Counted from the stretch's first letter, positions 50,870 to 61,249 are shown. The stretch: DNA of 64,000 bases from Abditibacteriaceae bacterium (GCA_965277285.1 OZ255721.1:2432001-2496000), one strand, 5' to 3'. Numbers and translations: made by a program. The notes: a model not told the origin generated them from the sequence alone.

Positions 50870-51973
50870 TTACTCTTCCGTTGTAACAGTTTGTTTCGCC
50901 AGGTCTTCGTGGATCACGTTCATCAAAGTCTCGAGCTGCTTGTCGGTTGTGGCGCGCGCCACGATTTCGCCTTTTTTGAAAATCAAGCTGATGCCGTTGC
51001 CGCCTGCGACGCCATAATCGGCGGCTTTGGCCTCGCCCGGCCCGTTCACTTCGCAACCCATCACGGCAATCGAAATCGGTTGCGAAATATTGCCAATCGC
51101 TTCGTTGACCTGCTCGGCCAAAGGCACCACATCAATGTCGCATCTGCCGCAACTGGGGCACGAAATCACGTTCGGGCCGCGACGACGCAGTTCCAATGCC
51201 TGCAAAATATCCCAGCCGACTTTCACTTCGTCAACCGGATCGCCCGTCAGAGAAACGCGCAGCGTGTCGCCCAAACCGTCGCCCAGCATCATGCCCAAAC
51301 CCATCGCGCTTTTGACAGTTCCGATGCGCGTAATTCCCGCTTCAGTAATTCCCAGATGCAACGGATAATCGCCCAACTCTTCGGCTGCCAAACGATACGC
51401 CGCGACGCAAGTTTTCACGTCGGAGGCTTTGAGCGAAATGATGACATCGCCGAAACCTTCCTTGTCGAAATACGATAGCTCGCGCTTGGCGCTTTCCACA
51501 ATGGCGCGCGGCGTCAGGCCATAACGCGCTTTGATGTCGGGATCGAGGCTGCCCGCGTTGACGCCGATTCTGATAGGAACAGAACGTTCTTTGGCGGCGC
51601 GCACGATGTCGCGGATTTTCATTTCGTTGCGAATGTTGCCCGGGTTCAAGCGCAATTTATCGACGCCCTGCTCCAGCGCGATCATGGCGAACTTTGCGTT
51701 GAAATGAATGTCGGCGACCAGAGGAATCTGTATGTTCAATCGAATCCATCCCAGCGCTTTGGCGGCGGCTTCATCGGGCACCGCGACGCGCACCAGGTCG
51801 GCGCCGGCTTGCTGAATTTGAAGGATCTGCGCGATCGTCGCATCGACATCGTGTGTTTTGGTTTTCGCCATCGTTTGCACGGCGATTGGCGCGTCGCCGC
51901 CGATGAAGATGTTGCCGACTTTAATTTTGCGCGTCGGGCGACGCAATATGTGAAGTTCTTCGTCGAATTTCAT
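50870..51973 (-). CDS. ispG: HMBPP synthase (flavodoxin-dependent)
   Basis: PLVADIHF, RLNPGN, IRIGVNAGSL, SCPSCGR, MGCEVNGPGE. Confidence 0.97.
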   Translation of the reverse strand: MKFDEELHILRRPTRKIKVGNIFIGGDAPIAVQTMAKTKTHDVDATIAQILQIQQAGADLVRVAVPDEAAAKALGWIRLNIQIPLVADIHFNAKFAMIALEQGVDKLRLNPGNIRNEMKIRDIVRAAKERSVPIRIGVNAGSLDPDIKARYGLTPRAIVESAKRELSYFDKEGFGDVIISLKASDVKTCVAAYRLAAEELGDYPLHLGITEAGITRIGTVKSAMGLGMMLGDGLGDTLRVSLTGDPVDEVKVGWDILQALELRRRGPNVISCPSCGRCDIDVVPLAEQVNEAIGNISQPISIAVMGCEVNGPGEAKAADYGVAGGNGISLIFKKGEIVARATTDKQLETLMNVIHEDLAKQTVTTEE

Positions 51974-52028
51974 AAGTGTCCTTCGAGTTTCGAGTACTCG
52001 ATGTGCGACTATTTACGACAAGTGTTTG

Positions 52029-53381
52029 TTACGACAAGTGTTTGGTGATCAACGGCAAAATATCGCGCGCCGTGATAAAAAGCATAAACGCCAGCAACAT
52101 CACCATGCCGACGGTGTGCGCGATGCCTTCTTTGCGCGCGTCAATTGGCTTGCGCGCGATCAGTTCGTAGCCCAGAAACAAAATGCGACCACCATCCAAC
52201 GCGGGAAAGGGCAGCAAGTTCATCAAGCCCAGGTTGACGCTGAGCATGGCGGAAAACAACAGCGAAGCGACAAAACCCTTTTGTGCGATGTCTCCTGTCG
52301 CCTGCGCGATTTTGACCGGCCCGCCGATTCCTTTGACTTCTTCTTTGGAAAGTTGCCGCGTCAGGGCGCGCTTCAATGTGTCCAAAATTTGCAGCGAAAT
52401 GCCAACCGACTGATAAAACCCCGATTTCGCCGCCGTCACGACATCGGTTTTTTCATACGTGATGCTGACCGGATCTTGATCGAATTGCAAACCTAAAAAC
52501 GGCACTTTCTGACCGTCGCCGTCCACGTCCTGCAAAACCGGCGTGATAGTTTTTTGTAACGTCACGCCTTGGCGATCAAGCCACAAAACAATAGGAGCGC
52601 CTTTTTTATCGCGCACCGCTTTAGAAATGTCTTGCGGATTGTGGCTGCGCAGCTTATCCACGCCGATAATTTTATCACCCGCGCGCACATCGGCTTTGGC
52701 TGCCGGTGTATCAGAAGAAACCGATTCCACCGCGCCCGACAAAATCGGATTGGGCAAGCCGATAAACGCATAAACGCCGATAAAAACAACCAGCGCGTAT
52801 AGGAAGTTCATCATCGGCCCGGCGAACAGCGTCATAAAACGCCAGCCCAAACTCGAGTCCTGAAATAATTTCTCGCCATGCGGCGCGTTTGGATTTCTTG
52901 GTTGCTGACTCAAATAATTGTCGGCGCGTGCTTCGGTACTTGATTCTTTATTAACACCTTCAATCGTCGTTGCTGCTGTTGCGATTCCGTTTGATGCAAC
53001 GGCGTTTTTCGTCGTCGCCACCATTTCTTCTTCGCTGCCCAAACCCGCAATATCGACCATGCCGCCAATCGGCAACGCGCCAATCGAATAATCGATGCCT
53101 TTGACGCGCTTAGTGTAAATGAACGGTGGAAAACCAATCGCAAAACGATTGACCTTCATGCCTGCCCAGCGCGCAAATTGAAAATGTCCCCATTCGTGAA
53201 CGAAAACCAGCACGCTGAGCGTAATCACAAAAACGCCACCCGCGTAAACGAGTGCAGGCTTAAAGTGATATAAAACCGCCAGGCCAAGCAGCAACGCGGC
53301 CAGACGCGCGAGTTGAACCGGCCAACTTACAGGCGAAGAGGACGCAGAATCATCGACGGAATCGTTGGAAAATTGTGTCAT
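52029..53381 (-). CDS. rseP: RIP metalloprotease RseP (M50, PDZ)
   Basis: HEWGH, AGPMMN, NLLPFPALDGG. Confidence 0.95.
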   Translation of the reverse strand: MTQFSNDSVDDSASSSPVSWPVQLARLAALLLGLAVLYHFKPALVYAGGVFVITLSVLVFVHEWGHFQFARWAGMKVNRFAIGFPPFIYTKRVKGIDYSIGALPIGGMVDIAGLGSEEEMVATTKNAVASNGIATAATTIEGVNKESSTEARADNYLSQQPRNPNAPHGEKLFQDSSLGWRFMTLFAGPMMNFLYALVVFIGVYAFIGLPNPILSGAVESVSSDTPAAKADVRAGDKIIGVDKLRSHNPQDISKAVRDKKGAPIVLWLDRQGVTLQKTITPVLQDVDGDGQKVPFLGLQFDQDPVSITYEKTDVVTAAKSGFYQSVGISLQILDTLKRALTRQLSKEEVKGIGGPVKIAQATGDIAQKGFVASLLFSAMLSVNLGLMNLLPFPALDGGRILFLGYELIARKPIDARKEGIAHTVGMVMLLAFMLFITARDILPLITKHLS

Positions 53382-53404
53382 ATCGAGTACTCGAAACGTT
53401 CAAA

Positions 53405-54592
53405 TTACGTCAAAAACTCGTGCGCCAAGCGGCGCGCTTCGGCATCGGCTGCGTAAATATCGTCCAGCGCGGGACGTTCCACGCGCGGGCATCGTTCCAG
53501 AACGTGCGCGATGCAATCGCTGATTCCATAAAAGTTCGTTCTTTCATCCAAGAACGCCTGTACCGCGACTTCGTTCGCTGCGTTCATCATGCACGGCGCA
53601 ATGCCACTAATTCCCATCGCGCGACGCGCCAAACCCAGACACGGAAAGCGTTCGTGATCGACAGGTTCAAAGGTCAGGCGACTTAATTGTTGCACATCCA
53701 AGTGCGGCGGCGCACCCACAACACGTTCGCCACGCAGCAACGCCCATTGAATCGGCAGCATCATATCGGGCACGCCCATTTGGGCTTTCACGCTGCCATC
53801 ACGGAACGAAACCAGCGAATGCACGATGCTTTGGCGATGCACGATCACATCGATTTTGTCCATCGGCACGCCGAAAAGCCAGTGCGCTTCAATCGCTTCC
53901 AAACCTTTGTTCATCAAAGTTGCCGAATCGATGGTGATTTTGCGCCCCATATTCCACGTCGGATGTTTCAAGGCTTGCTGCGGCTTGACGTGTTGCAATT
54001 GTTCGCGCGGCGTATCGACAAACGGGCCGCCACTCGCCGTAATCGTCAGGCGCGCCACGTTTTCGGTTTTTTCACCAACTAAACATTGCGCCAGCGCTGA
54101 ATGTTCGCTATCGACAGGCCACAATTCGACGCCTTTTTCGCGCGCCAAACGCGTCACGATTTCGCCCGCCGCAACCAGCGTTTCCTTGTTCGCAATGGCG
54201 ATGGTTTTTCCAGCTTCAATGGCGGCAATTGTTGGTTTCAGTCCGGCGGCGCCGCCAATTGCGCCAACTACAGCGTCGGCGTTGTGCCACGTTGCGACTT
54301 CTTCAATGCTGCCAACTTTCAAGTTAGGAATCGAGTACTCGATAAGACGTTGCACGGCTTCTTTGTCGCTCATCGCCACGATTTCGGGTTGCCATTCACG
54401 GATTTGTTGCGCAAAAAGTTCGAGGTTGGAACCAGCGGCCAAACCGACGACGCGTAAACGTTCGGGCAAGGCACGCACGACTTCGAGCGCCTGGCGACCA
54501 ATCGAGCCAGTGCTACCCAAAATTACCACGTTTTGCGGTCGGTTATTTTGCGGTTGCGAATTGGATGATGCAGCATTTGGCGGCGCGTTCAT
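53405..54592 (-). CDS. dxr: 1-deoxy-D-xylulose-5-phosphate reductoisomerase
   Basis: LGSTGSIG, ANKE, PVDSEH, HPTWNMG, NKGLE. Confidence 0.97.
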   Translation of the reverse strand: MNAPPNAASSNSQPQNNRPQNVVILGSTGSIGRQALEVVRALPERLRVVGLAAGSNLELFAQQIREWQPEIVAMSDKEAVQRLIEYSIPNLKVGSIEEVATWHNADAVVGAIGGAAGLKPTIAAIEAGKTIAIANKETLVAAGEIVTRLAREKGVELWPVDSEHSALAQCLVGEKTENVARLTITASGGPFVDTPREQLQHVKPQQALKHPTWNMGRKITIDSATLMNKGLEAIEAHWLFGVPMDKIDVIVHRQSIVHSLVSFRDGSVKAQMGVPDMMLPIQWALLRGERVVGAPPHLDVQQLSRLTFEPVDHERFPCLGLARRAMGISGIAPCMMNAANEVAVQAFLDERTNFYGISDCIAHVLERCPRVERPALDDIYAADAEARRLAHEFLT

Positions 54593-54641
54593 AGCGAAGG
54601 TGGCGCGTTCAAAGCGCGTTTGCGAATAGTGCGCAATTCAA

Positions 54642-55436
54642 TTATTGAGGCGCCACAGTGGAATTGGCAGGCGAAGTTGAGGCTTGTGCGGGTGTTGACG
54701 GCCAGGCAGCGTTGTGGCGCGTTTGCGCCAAAAATATAAACGCCAGAGCGCCGATCACTAAAATCGGCACAAAACGTTCGAGCAGCGTTCCGCGTTCGGG
54801 AACCAGAGTCCAGCCGCCAGCGTGAACCGCCGCCGTACGCGCCGCTTCGTCCGCGTTTTGTGCTGCACTTCGAGTACTCGAAACGTCATTCAACGCTGCG
54901 TTTTGTGGTGCCTTTTTCGACAATTCGCGCATCTTGGCGAGCGCGAAACCGATCGCCAGCAGCGCCAAACGCAAAGGCCAGGACAAGCCGGACGTGAGAA
55001 CCAGAATCAACATTCCCGCCGCCGATCCCAGCACAAGGGCGCCCACGAAAGTGGCGATCCAGCCAAAGATTGGCGACAGGCCTTTGCCGTGCAAAGTGGC
55101 GGCAATCGCTGCGACAATCGCAATCAGCATCATCAGTGATGTCATCATAAAGCCGAGCGACAGCACAACTAAAATAACATCGGCGTCGTTGCGTCCCCAA
55201 TAATATAAAAACCCCGCCGCCGAGAGCGCAACCGCCGTCGCCAAAGATTCCTGCGTCCAGATTTGGCGCCGCGTCAAGGTGCGCGACAATTCCTGCGCCG
55301 TCAGATAAGTTGCCAGTCCAACCGCCAGAACCGTCGCTACGCCGTGCAACTGCGCGCCAAAAAGCACATCCAGCGCGAGCGCAATCGCCAGCACGCCAAA
55401 TAATAAAACGTCGAAAAGAGAATTAGGGACAACCAT
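54642..55436 (-). CDS. Multi-TM protein at the cdsA position; degenerate CdsA-like
   Basis: About 8 TM helices; LVPERGTLLERF resembles CdsA LIPGHGGxLDRF; lies between uppS and dxr. Confidence 0.55.
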   Translation of the reverse strand: MVVPNSLFDVLLFGVLAIALALDVLFGAQLHGVATVLAVGLATYLTAQELSRTLTRRQIWTQESLATAVALSAAGFLYYWGRNDADVILVVLSLGFMMTSLMMLIAIVAAIAATLHGKGLSPIFGWIATFVGALVLGSAAGMLILVLTSGLSWPLRLALLAIGFALAKMRELSKKAPQNAALNDVSSTRSAAQNADEAARTAAVHAGGWTLVPERGTLLERFVPILVIGALAFIFLAQTRHNAAWPSTPAQASTSPANSTVAPQ

Positions 55437-55513
55437 GAGAAGAAGAGGATAACAAAATCGCGCGCCGCCGTTATAGATTGCAAGTGGAATCGAGTACTCG
55501 AACGCAGCAAAAA

Positions 55514-56320
55514 CTATTTTCCCGAACCAAAACGTCGCTCGCGGGTTTGGAATTCGGCGATGGCGCCATGCAAATTGGTGGTTGAAAAATCCGGCCACAA
55601 CGTTGGCGTGACCCACAATTCGGCATACGCGATTTGCCACGGCAAAAAGTTGGAAACGCGCAAATCGCCGCCGGTGCGAATCATCAAATCCGGTTCGGGC
55701 AAGCCTTGCGTGTACAAAGTCGCTTCGATCAAGGTTTCGTCAATTGCCTCTGGCTGCAAAGTCCCGTTTTGCACTTGCTTGGCCAGCAGGCGAAAAGCGT
55801 CCGTTAGTTCGGCGCGACCGCCGTAATTGATCGCCAGGCACAACGTCATGCCGGTGTTGTGACGAGTTTCGCCGACGCTCTCGTCAATTTGATTCAGCAA
55901 ATGTTCCGGCAAACCTTCGCGCCGCCCGATGTGGCGCACGCGAATGTTGTTGCGCTGCAAAACCGGCAGTTCATCTTTCAAGTTGCGCGCGATAAGGCGC
56001 ATCAAGGCCGCGATTTCGCCGCGACCGCGCTTCCAGTTTTCCGTTGAAAAGGTGTAAAGTGTGAGCGCTTCGATGTCCAAATCGGCGCAATCTTGAATGA
56101 TGTCGCGCGTGGTTTGCGCGCCGATAGTGTGGCCGCGAATCGCGTTCCAGCCCTGCGTTTTGGCCCAACGCCGGTTGCCGTCCATAATGATGGCGATGTG
56201 GCGCGGCATTTTATGCGGGTCAAGCCCCAGACGACGCACCAATTCCGAGACATCTTTTCGAGTACTCGAAAGGTCGGAACGCGAAGGGCGCGACATCGGG
56301 CTGAGAAGGGAATCTGTCAT
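55514..56320 (-). CDS. uppS: Undecaprenyl diphosphate synthase
   Basis: HIAIIMDGNRRWA, FSTENWKR, NYGGR, IRTGG..RVSNF. Confidence 0.97.
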   Translation of the reverse strand: MTDSLLSPMSRPSRSDLSSTRKDVSELVRRLGLDPHKMPRHIAIIMDGNRRWAKTQGWNAIRGHTIGAQTTRDIIQDCADLDIEALTLYTFSTENWKRGRGEIAALMRLIARNLKDELPVLQRNNIRVRHIGRREGLPEHLLNQIDESVGETRHNTGMTLCLAINYGGRAELTDAFRLLAKQVQNGTLQPEAIDETLIEATLYTQGLPEPDLMIRTGGDLRVSNFLPWQIAYAELWVTPTLWPDFSTTNLHGAIAEFQTRERRFGSGK

Positions 56321-56649
56321 ACAACGCTTGAGGGTTCTGTCGATGGTTTTTCTGCCGATGGCAATAATGCGGACGCAAACGAACTCGAAAACGCTTCTTC
56401 GCGCGCGATTGTCACTTCAAAAGCCGCTTCGCCATTATCTTCGATTTCGCGGCAACGCAGCACGCGCAATTCGCCCCAGCGTTGTTCTTTTCGTGGTTCG
56501 CGTGGAATCGCCGCTACGTTTTTCTTTTTTTGTGGCGCGTTCTGGCGCAACGGACGTTGCGGCGGCGCACTTTCCACGATGCAAAGTGTTTCGCGTGCGA
56601 CGGTGCGTACATCATCCAGAAGACAACCAATGAAAAGCTGGGGATTCAT
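56317..56649 (-). CDS. Hypothetical protein between frr and uppS
   Basis: ORF whose stop overlaps the uppS start. Confidence 0.4.
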   Translation of the reverse strand: MNPQLFIGCLLDDVRTVARETLCIVESAPPQRPLRQNAPQKKKNVAAIPREPRKEQRWGELRVLRCREIEDNGEAAFEVTIAREEAFSSSFASALLPSAEKPSTEPSSVV

Positions 56650-56670
56650 CGTTTCGAGTACTCGACGGCA

Positions 56671-56772
56671 ACCGTGCAAGCTGCATAGAACCGCGCGTCA
56701 GCAAGTGGTCTTGTGTGAAGTTGCGACGAAGACCGCTTGCTGACGCGCGCGGTTCTATGCAGCTTGCACGGT
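56671..56772. repeat. About 100-bp REP-like hairpin (ACCGTGCAAGCTGCATAGAACCGCGCG arms)
   Basis: Long complementary arms downstream of frr. Confidence 0.8.
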
Positions 56773-56792
56773 ATCGGCCTTATAACGGGTTC

Positions 56793-57350
56793 TTACACTT
56801 CTAAAATATCGGCTTCTTTGGCGGCGCGAATCTTATCGACTTCAACGATAACTTTATCGGTAATCTTCTGCACATCGCCTTCATAACGCTGCAAATCGTC
56901 TTTGGTCAGGTCGCCATCTTTTTCCATTTTCTTCAGCGCGTCATTGGCGTCGCGGCGCACGTTGCGCACCGCGACTTTGTGCGCTTCCGCTTTCTTTCCG
57001 GCGGTTTTCACCATTTCGCGGCGGCGCTCTTCGTTCAAAGCAGGAACCGAAACGCGCACTTGACCGCCGTCGGTTGTCGCCTGCAAACCCAGATCGCTTT
57101 TTGAGATCGCATTGGCAATTGGCCCGGCGGAATTTTTGTCCCACGGCGCAATCAAGAGTTGGCGCGCGTCGGGAATGGAAACCGTGCCCAACTGATTGAT
57201 TGGCGTTGGCGCGCCATAATAATCGACCAAAATTTTATCCAGCAAAGCGGGCGTGGCGCGTCCCGTGCGCAGCGTCGCCAATTCTTTGTTGAGGTCTTGC
57301 AACGACGCTTTCATCTTGCGTTCCATTTCCGAAATGACTTGTAGAGGCAT
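56793..57350 (-). CDS. frr: Ribosome recycling factor
   Basis: LRTGRA, DYYGAPTP, PALNEERR, VRNVRR. Confidence 0.97.
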   Translation of the reverse strand: MPLQVISEMERKMKASLQDLNKELATLRTGRATPALLDKILVDYYGAPTPINQLGTVSIPDARQLLIAPWDKNSAGPIANAISKSDLGLQATTDGGQVRVSVPALNEERRREMVKTAGKKAEAHKVAVRNVRRDANDALKKMEKDGDLTKDDLQRYEGDVQKITDKVIVEVDKIRAAKEADILEV

Positions 57351-57621
57351 AAGGTGACGACCTTTTCTGAAGTGGTGAAATTCGCGGAGCGGTGTTTCAT
57401 CTTAGCACAGCCCAAAGAGGACGGCAAACGCATCTTGATTCACCTTACCTCCAAACGCTACAATACAAGGCCATTCCATTTGCATCCTTATAACGCTGTC
57501 GTTGCGGGCGTTTGTCGCATTAAAAACCAGGGCGAGGAGAGTTTTGATGACGCGAGTTGCAGTGGCGACTGGCCAGAAGAGGGCGAGTTCGAGTACTCGA
57601 TTGAGTGCGCGCAGTTGGTGG

Positions 57622-58956
57622 ATGTTGTCGTTTGTAACGTCCGTTTTATTGATGGCGTTGAGCATCGCGCCCGCACTCGCCCAAGACGCGACGAAAACAA
57701 CCGCCTGGAAGCCCGATTCGGGCGATACGGCGTGGATGCTGGCTTCTTCGGCGCTGGTGTTGTTGATGACGCCGGGATTGGCATTTTTCTATGGTGGCCT
57801 GGTGCGCGCTAAAAATATGCTGAACACGCTGCTGATGTCGTTTGGCGCGATGGCGGTTCTGGGCGTTTTATGGGCGCTGGTCGGTTACTCGATTGCTTTT
57901 GGAAATAACGGCAGCGCGTTGTGGGGCGGCCTGGGTTTTCTGGGTTTGCACAACGTCGAAGCGACTTCGGCTTATCCGAACACGCTGGCGCCGACGATTC
58001 CACATTTGGCGTTCATGATTTTTCAGATGATGTTTTTCATCATCACGCCAGCGCTTATTTCCGGTTCTCTCGTTGAAAGAATGAAGTTTTCGACGTTTCT
58101 GGTTTTCATCGCGGCGTGGGGACTTCTGGTTTATTGTCCGGTCGCGCACTGGGTTTGGCAGCCGGATGGTTGGGCGTCCAAGGCAGGTGCGCTCGATTTC
58201 GCGGGTGGCGCAGTGGTTCACGTCAATGCGGGGTTTGCGGCGCTGGCGGCGTGTTTGGCTTTGAAACCGCGTCGCGGCTACAACGAAATGCTGATGCGCC
58301 CGCATAACCTGCCGTTTTGCTTGCTGGGCGTCGGATTGTTGTGGTTCGGCTGGTATGGATTCAACGCGGGTTCGGCGCTGGGTTCGGGAAGTCTGGCGAC
58401 GCTGGCGTTTGTCAACACGACGTTGGGCGCTTCCGCTGCGATGTTGACGTGGATGATTATCGACCAGATCACGCGCAAGGAGATGACGGCTTTAGGCGCG
58501 GGAACGGGCGCGGTCGCAGGATTAGTCGGCATCACTCCAGCGTGCGGCTTTGTGACGCCGGGCGGCGCGATGATGGTCGGCGCGATTACGTCGTGCGTTT
58601 GTTATTACAGCGCGACACGACGCGCCAAAGGGCCAGTCGATGACTCGCTCGATTCGTTCGCGGTGCATGGCGTCGGCGGCTTTACGGGCGCGATTTTGAC
58701 CGGCGTTTTCGCTACGACAGCGATTAAAGGCGCGAACTCGGCAGTTTTGCCCGGCCTGTTTGAAGCTGGATTTGGGCAAGTGTGGACGCAATTGAAAGTA
58801 ACCGGCGCGGTGGCAGTTTATAGTTTCGTGATGAGTTTTCTCATTTGCAAAGTGCTGCAAGCCGTAATGGGCTTGCGCGTCGACGAAGAAACCGAAGAGC
58901 GCGGCCTGGACGTTTCGATTCACGGCGAAGAAGCGTACGTGGAATCGGCTGGCTAA
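57622..58956 (+). CDS. amtB: Ammonium transporter
   Basis: GDTAW, TPGLAFFYGG, DFAGG.VVH, WFGWYGFNAGS, DDSLD; start uncertain (57547 or 57622). Confidence 0.95.
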   Translation: MLSFVTSVLLMALSIAPALAQDATKTTAWKPDSGDTAWMLASSALVLLMTPGLAFFYGGLVRAKNMLNTLLMSFGAMAVLGVLWALVGYSIAFGNNGSALWGGLGFLGLHNVEATSAYPNTLAPTIPHLAFMIFQMMFFIITPALISGSLVERMKFSTFLVFIAAWGLLVYCPVAHWVWQPDGWASKAGALDFAGGAVVHVNAGFAALAACLALKPRRGYNEMLMRPHNLPFCLLGVGLLWFGWYGFNAGSALGSGSLATLAFVNTTLGASAAMLTWMIIDQITRKEMTALGAGTGAVAGLVGITPACGFVTPGGAMMVGAITSCVCYYSATRRAKGPVDDSLDSFAVHGVGGFTGAILTGVFATTAIKGANSAVLPGLFEAGFGQVWTQLKVTGAVAVYSFVMSFLICKVLQAVMGLRVDEETEERGLDVSIHGEEAYVESAG

Positions 58957-58974
58957 TTTGTGTTTATAAAAGAG

Positions 58975-59011
58975 AAAGGGCGCGCTATCGAGTACTCGAT
59001 GCGTGCCCTTT
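58975..59011. terminator. Hairpin centred on the 12-bp palindrome between convergent genes
   Basis: aaagggcgcgc-t-atcgagtactcgat-gcgtgcccttt. Confidence 0.6.
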
Positions 59012-59016
59012 GTGAC

Positions 59017-59523
59017 TCAACGTGTGGCAAGAGGAACTTGATGTTCCTGCAAAACATGGTCGAACGTATCGCGCGGTGCGGAAGTGATATACAAGTTACC
59101 GGTTGTGACATTGCCGGAAACTTGCAACGTGTTGCATGTAAAACAAATCACCAAGTCCATCGTTTGCAGTCCTTTCGTCGCACGAATGCCATGATGCGGA
59201 TCGAAACACGCCATTTGGCGATCATTGTCCGCACCTTTATACAACGCATCTAACAACTGCTGCCGCGTTTTCTTATCGTCAATTGAAGTCTGGCCGATGA
59301 TTGGAAAGTTGTGAAAGCGAGGATTGTTTTGCAACGCCTTGCTCACGCTTTGTGCCTCAGGGTTTTCATAAGGTTGCAGAGAATAAAGCGTAAAGTGTTC
59401 GCTGGTTTCCAGAAAACTTTTTTGCTGCGCATTCGCCTCGAACCGAACGAAGTATGAAAAGGCAACAGAGGCCAATATCAATATTATAAGCGTAAGGCCA
59501 GAAAACAGCACGATTTTCTTCAT
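59017..59523 (-). CDS. Exported hypothetical protein
   Basis: N-terminal TM; CFDPHHGI, ICFTC. Confidence 0.7.
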   Translation of the reverse strand: MKKIVLFSGLTLIILILASVAFSYFVRFEANAQQKSFLETSEHFTLYSLQPYENPEAQSVSKALQNNPRFHNFPIIGQTSIDDKKTRQQLLDALYKGADNDRQMACFDPHHGIRATKGLQTMDLVICFTCNTLQVSGNVTTGNLYITSAPRDTFDHVLQEHQVPLATR

Positions 59524-59684
59524 GGCTTTATTTTACTGCCGCTTTGCAACCTTGCGCGCTACTTTATCGTCTGGCGCGCGTTTGCAACGATTCCAGTACT
59601 CGAATTGCCTCAGCTTTCACGTCATACTTCCTTCACTTTGTCGAACTTGCGCCGAACTTGCGCCGAACTTTGCAGGAGTTTTAG

Positions 59685-61148
59685 ATGAACCTTCTTCGTC
59701 AGTCACCATTATCAAGTACCAAATGGAAAACTTTCGCCGGTGTCGCGGCGCTTTTTGTCGCGTTTGGCGCGGGTTACAGCGTGCGCGCGCAAGGCGAATC
59801 GGATTGGATTCCGCCGCAGCCTTCGCCCGTTTTCGCGCTGATTCACACGGACGAAGGCAATCGTCTGGCGCAAAATTTTCCCGTCAAAAACGGCGAGCGT
59901 TTGGCGGATCGTTCCGATTCGAGTGTGACATCGAGTACTCGAACTTCGACGCGAACCAACATCAAGCCGTATCAAACGCTGGATGAAGTGCGGCGCGCCA
60001 TTCACGACAACTTTGTGCATCCCGATGTGAGCGACGAAGAATTGACATTTGGCGCGATTCGCGGCATGTTGAGTTCGCTGGGCGACCGTTTCACGCGTTT
60101 TATGACGCCCGACGAATACACCGATTTCAAAGAAAAGAACGAAGGCGACTTCATCGGCATCGGCGCGCGCATCGACCTCAAAGACAACTACATCGGCAGC
60201 CCGCAAGCGCGTCCTCTCAACGCCAGCCGCCCTTACATCGTCGAAGCGATGGACGGCAGTCCGGCACAGCGCGGCGGCATTCAAGCGGGCGACGTAATTT
60301 TGGAAATCGACGGCCACAGCACCGCCAACCAGAGCGCCGATGCGGTTGTCACCAACATCAAAGGCGTGCGCGGAACCGTTGTCAACCTGAAAATCGAGCG
60401 CAAACTCAAAACCGCCGAAATGAACCGCGACAGCGTTTATAAAGTGTTCGACCTGGCGCTCAAGCGCGACATGATCGTCGATCATCCCGTCAAATTGGAA
60501 TGGCTGGCCAACAACGTTGCGTGGCTGCGACTTTCCGAGTTCAACGAACGCAGCGACGACGAAATGAGCGCAGCTTTGGCGCAAGTTCAACGCGGGCCGA
60601 ATGGAATGCCAGCGCGCGGCCTGATTTTCGATATGCGCGATAATCCTGGCGGCCTGTTGAACAGCGCGGTTTCCATCGGTTCGCGCTTCATTCCCGAAGG
60701 CCCAATTGTCAGCACGCGCGAGCGCACCGGCCAGATCATTCCGATGAACGCGCAACACAAACTGTTTCTGGGCTTGAAAATCCCGATTGTGGTGATGGTG
60801 AACAATTACAGCGCGAGCGCGGCTGAAATCGTGACTGGCGCCTTGAAAGATCGCCACGCGGCGACGGTGGTCGGCGAGCAAAGTTATGGCAAAGCCAGCG
60901 TGCAGGTTTTGGTCGAAATGAAAAACGGCGGCGCTCTGGTGATTACGACCGCCAAGTATCTGACGCCGCTGGGACACGACATCAGTGACAAAGGCATCAC
61001 GCCGGATGTTATGGTGAAAGCGAACGCAGCCGACTTGAACACCGGACGCGGCGCTCAATTGGCGCGCGCCATCGCTATCATCCATCAGAAAACCGACGGT
61101 CAGGGAACCATCACCGCTGCTGCGCCGCCGCTCAGCGTTCATTCGTAA
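59685..61148 (+). CDS. Carboxyl-terminal processing protease (S41, PDZ)
   Basis: GIGA, DMRDNPGG, SASAAE, GKASVQ, GITPD. Confidence 0.93.
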   Translation: MNLLRQSPLSSTKWKTFAGVAALFVAFGAGYSVRAQGESDWIPPQPSPVFALIHTDEGNRLAQNFPVKNGERLADRSDSSVTSSTRTSTRTNIKPYQTLDEVRRAIHDNFVHPDVSDEELTFGAIRGMLSSLGDRFTRFMTPDEYTDFKEKNEGDFIGIGARIDLKDNYIGSPQARPLNASRPYIVEAMDGSPAQRGGIQAGDVILEIDGHSTANQSADAVVTNIKGVRGTVVNLKIERKLKTAEMNRDSVYKVFDLALKRDMIVDHPVKLEWLANNVAWLRLSEFNERSDDEMSAALAQVQRGPNGMPARGLIFDMRDNPGGLLNSAVSIGSRFIPEGPIVSTRERTGQIIPMNAQHKLFLGLKIPIVVMVNNYSASAAEIVTGALKDRHAATVVGEQSYGKASVQVLVEMKNGGALVITTAKYLTPLGHDISDKGITPDVMVKANAADLNTGRGAQLARAIAIIHQKTDGQGTITAAAPPLSVHS

Positions 61149-61249
61149 ATGAGGTCGTTTTCAGGCATTTTGAACTCAATTCGAGTACTCGATGCCTGAG
61201 AAAGTCGTTCTACACAACGGCTGCAGAGGATTTTTGCAGAAGGTTCTTA

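Noticed and set aside
59712..61142. 476-aa minus-strand ORF
   Set aside because: Antisense shadow of the S41 protease
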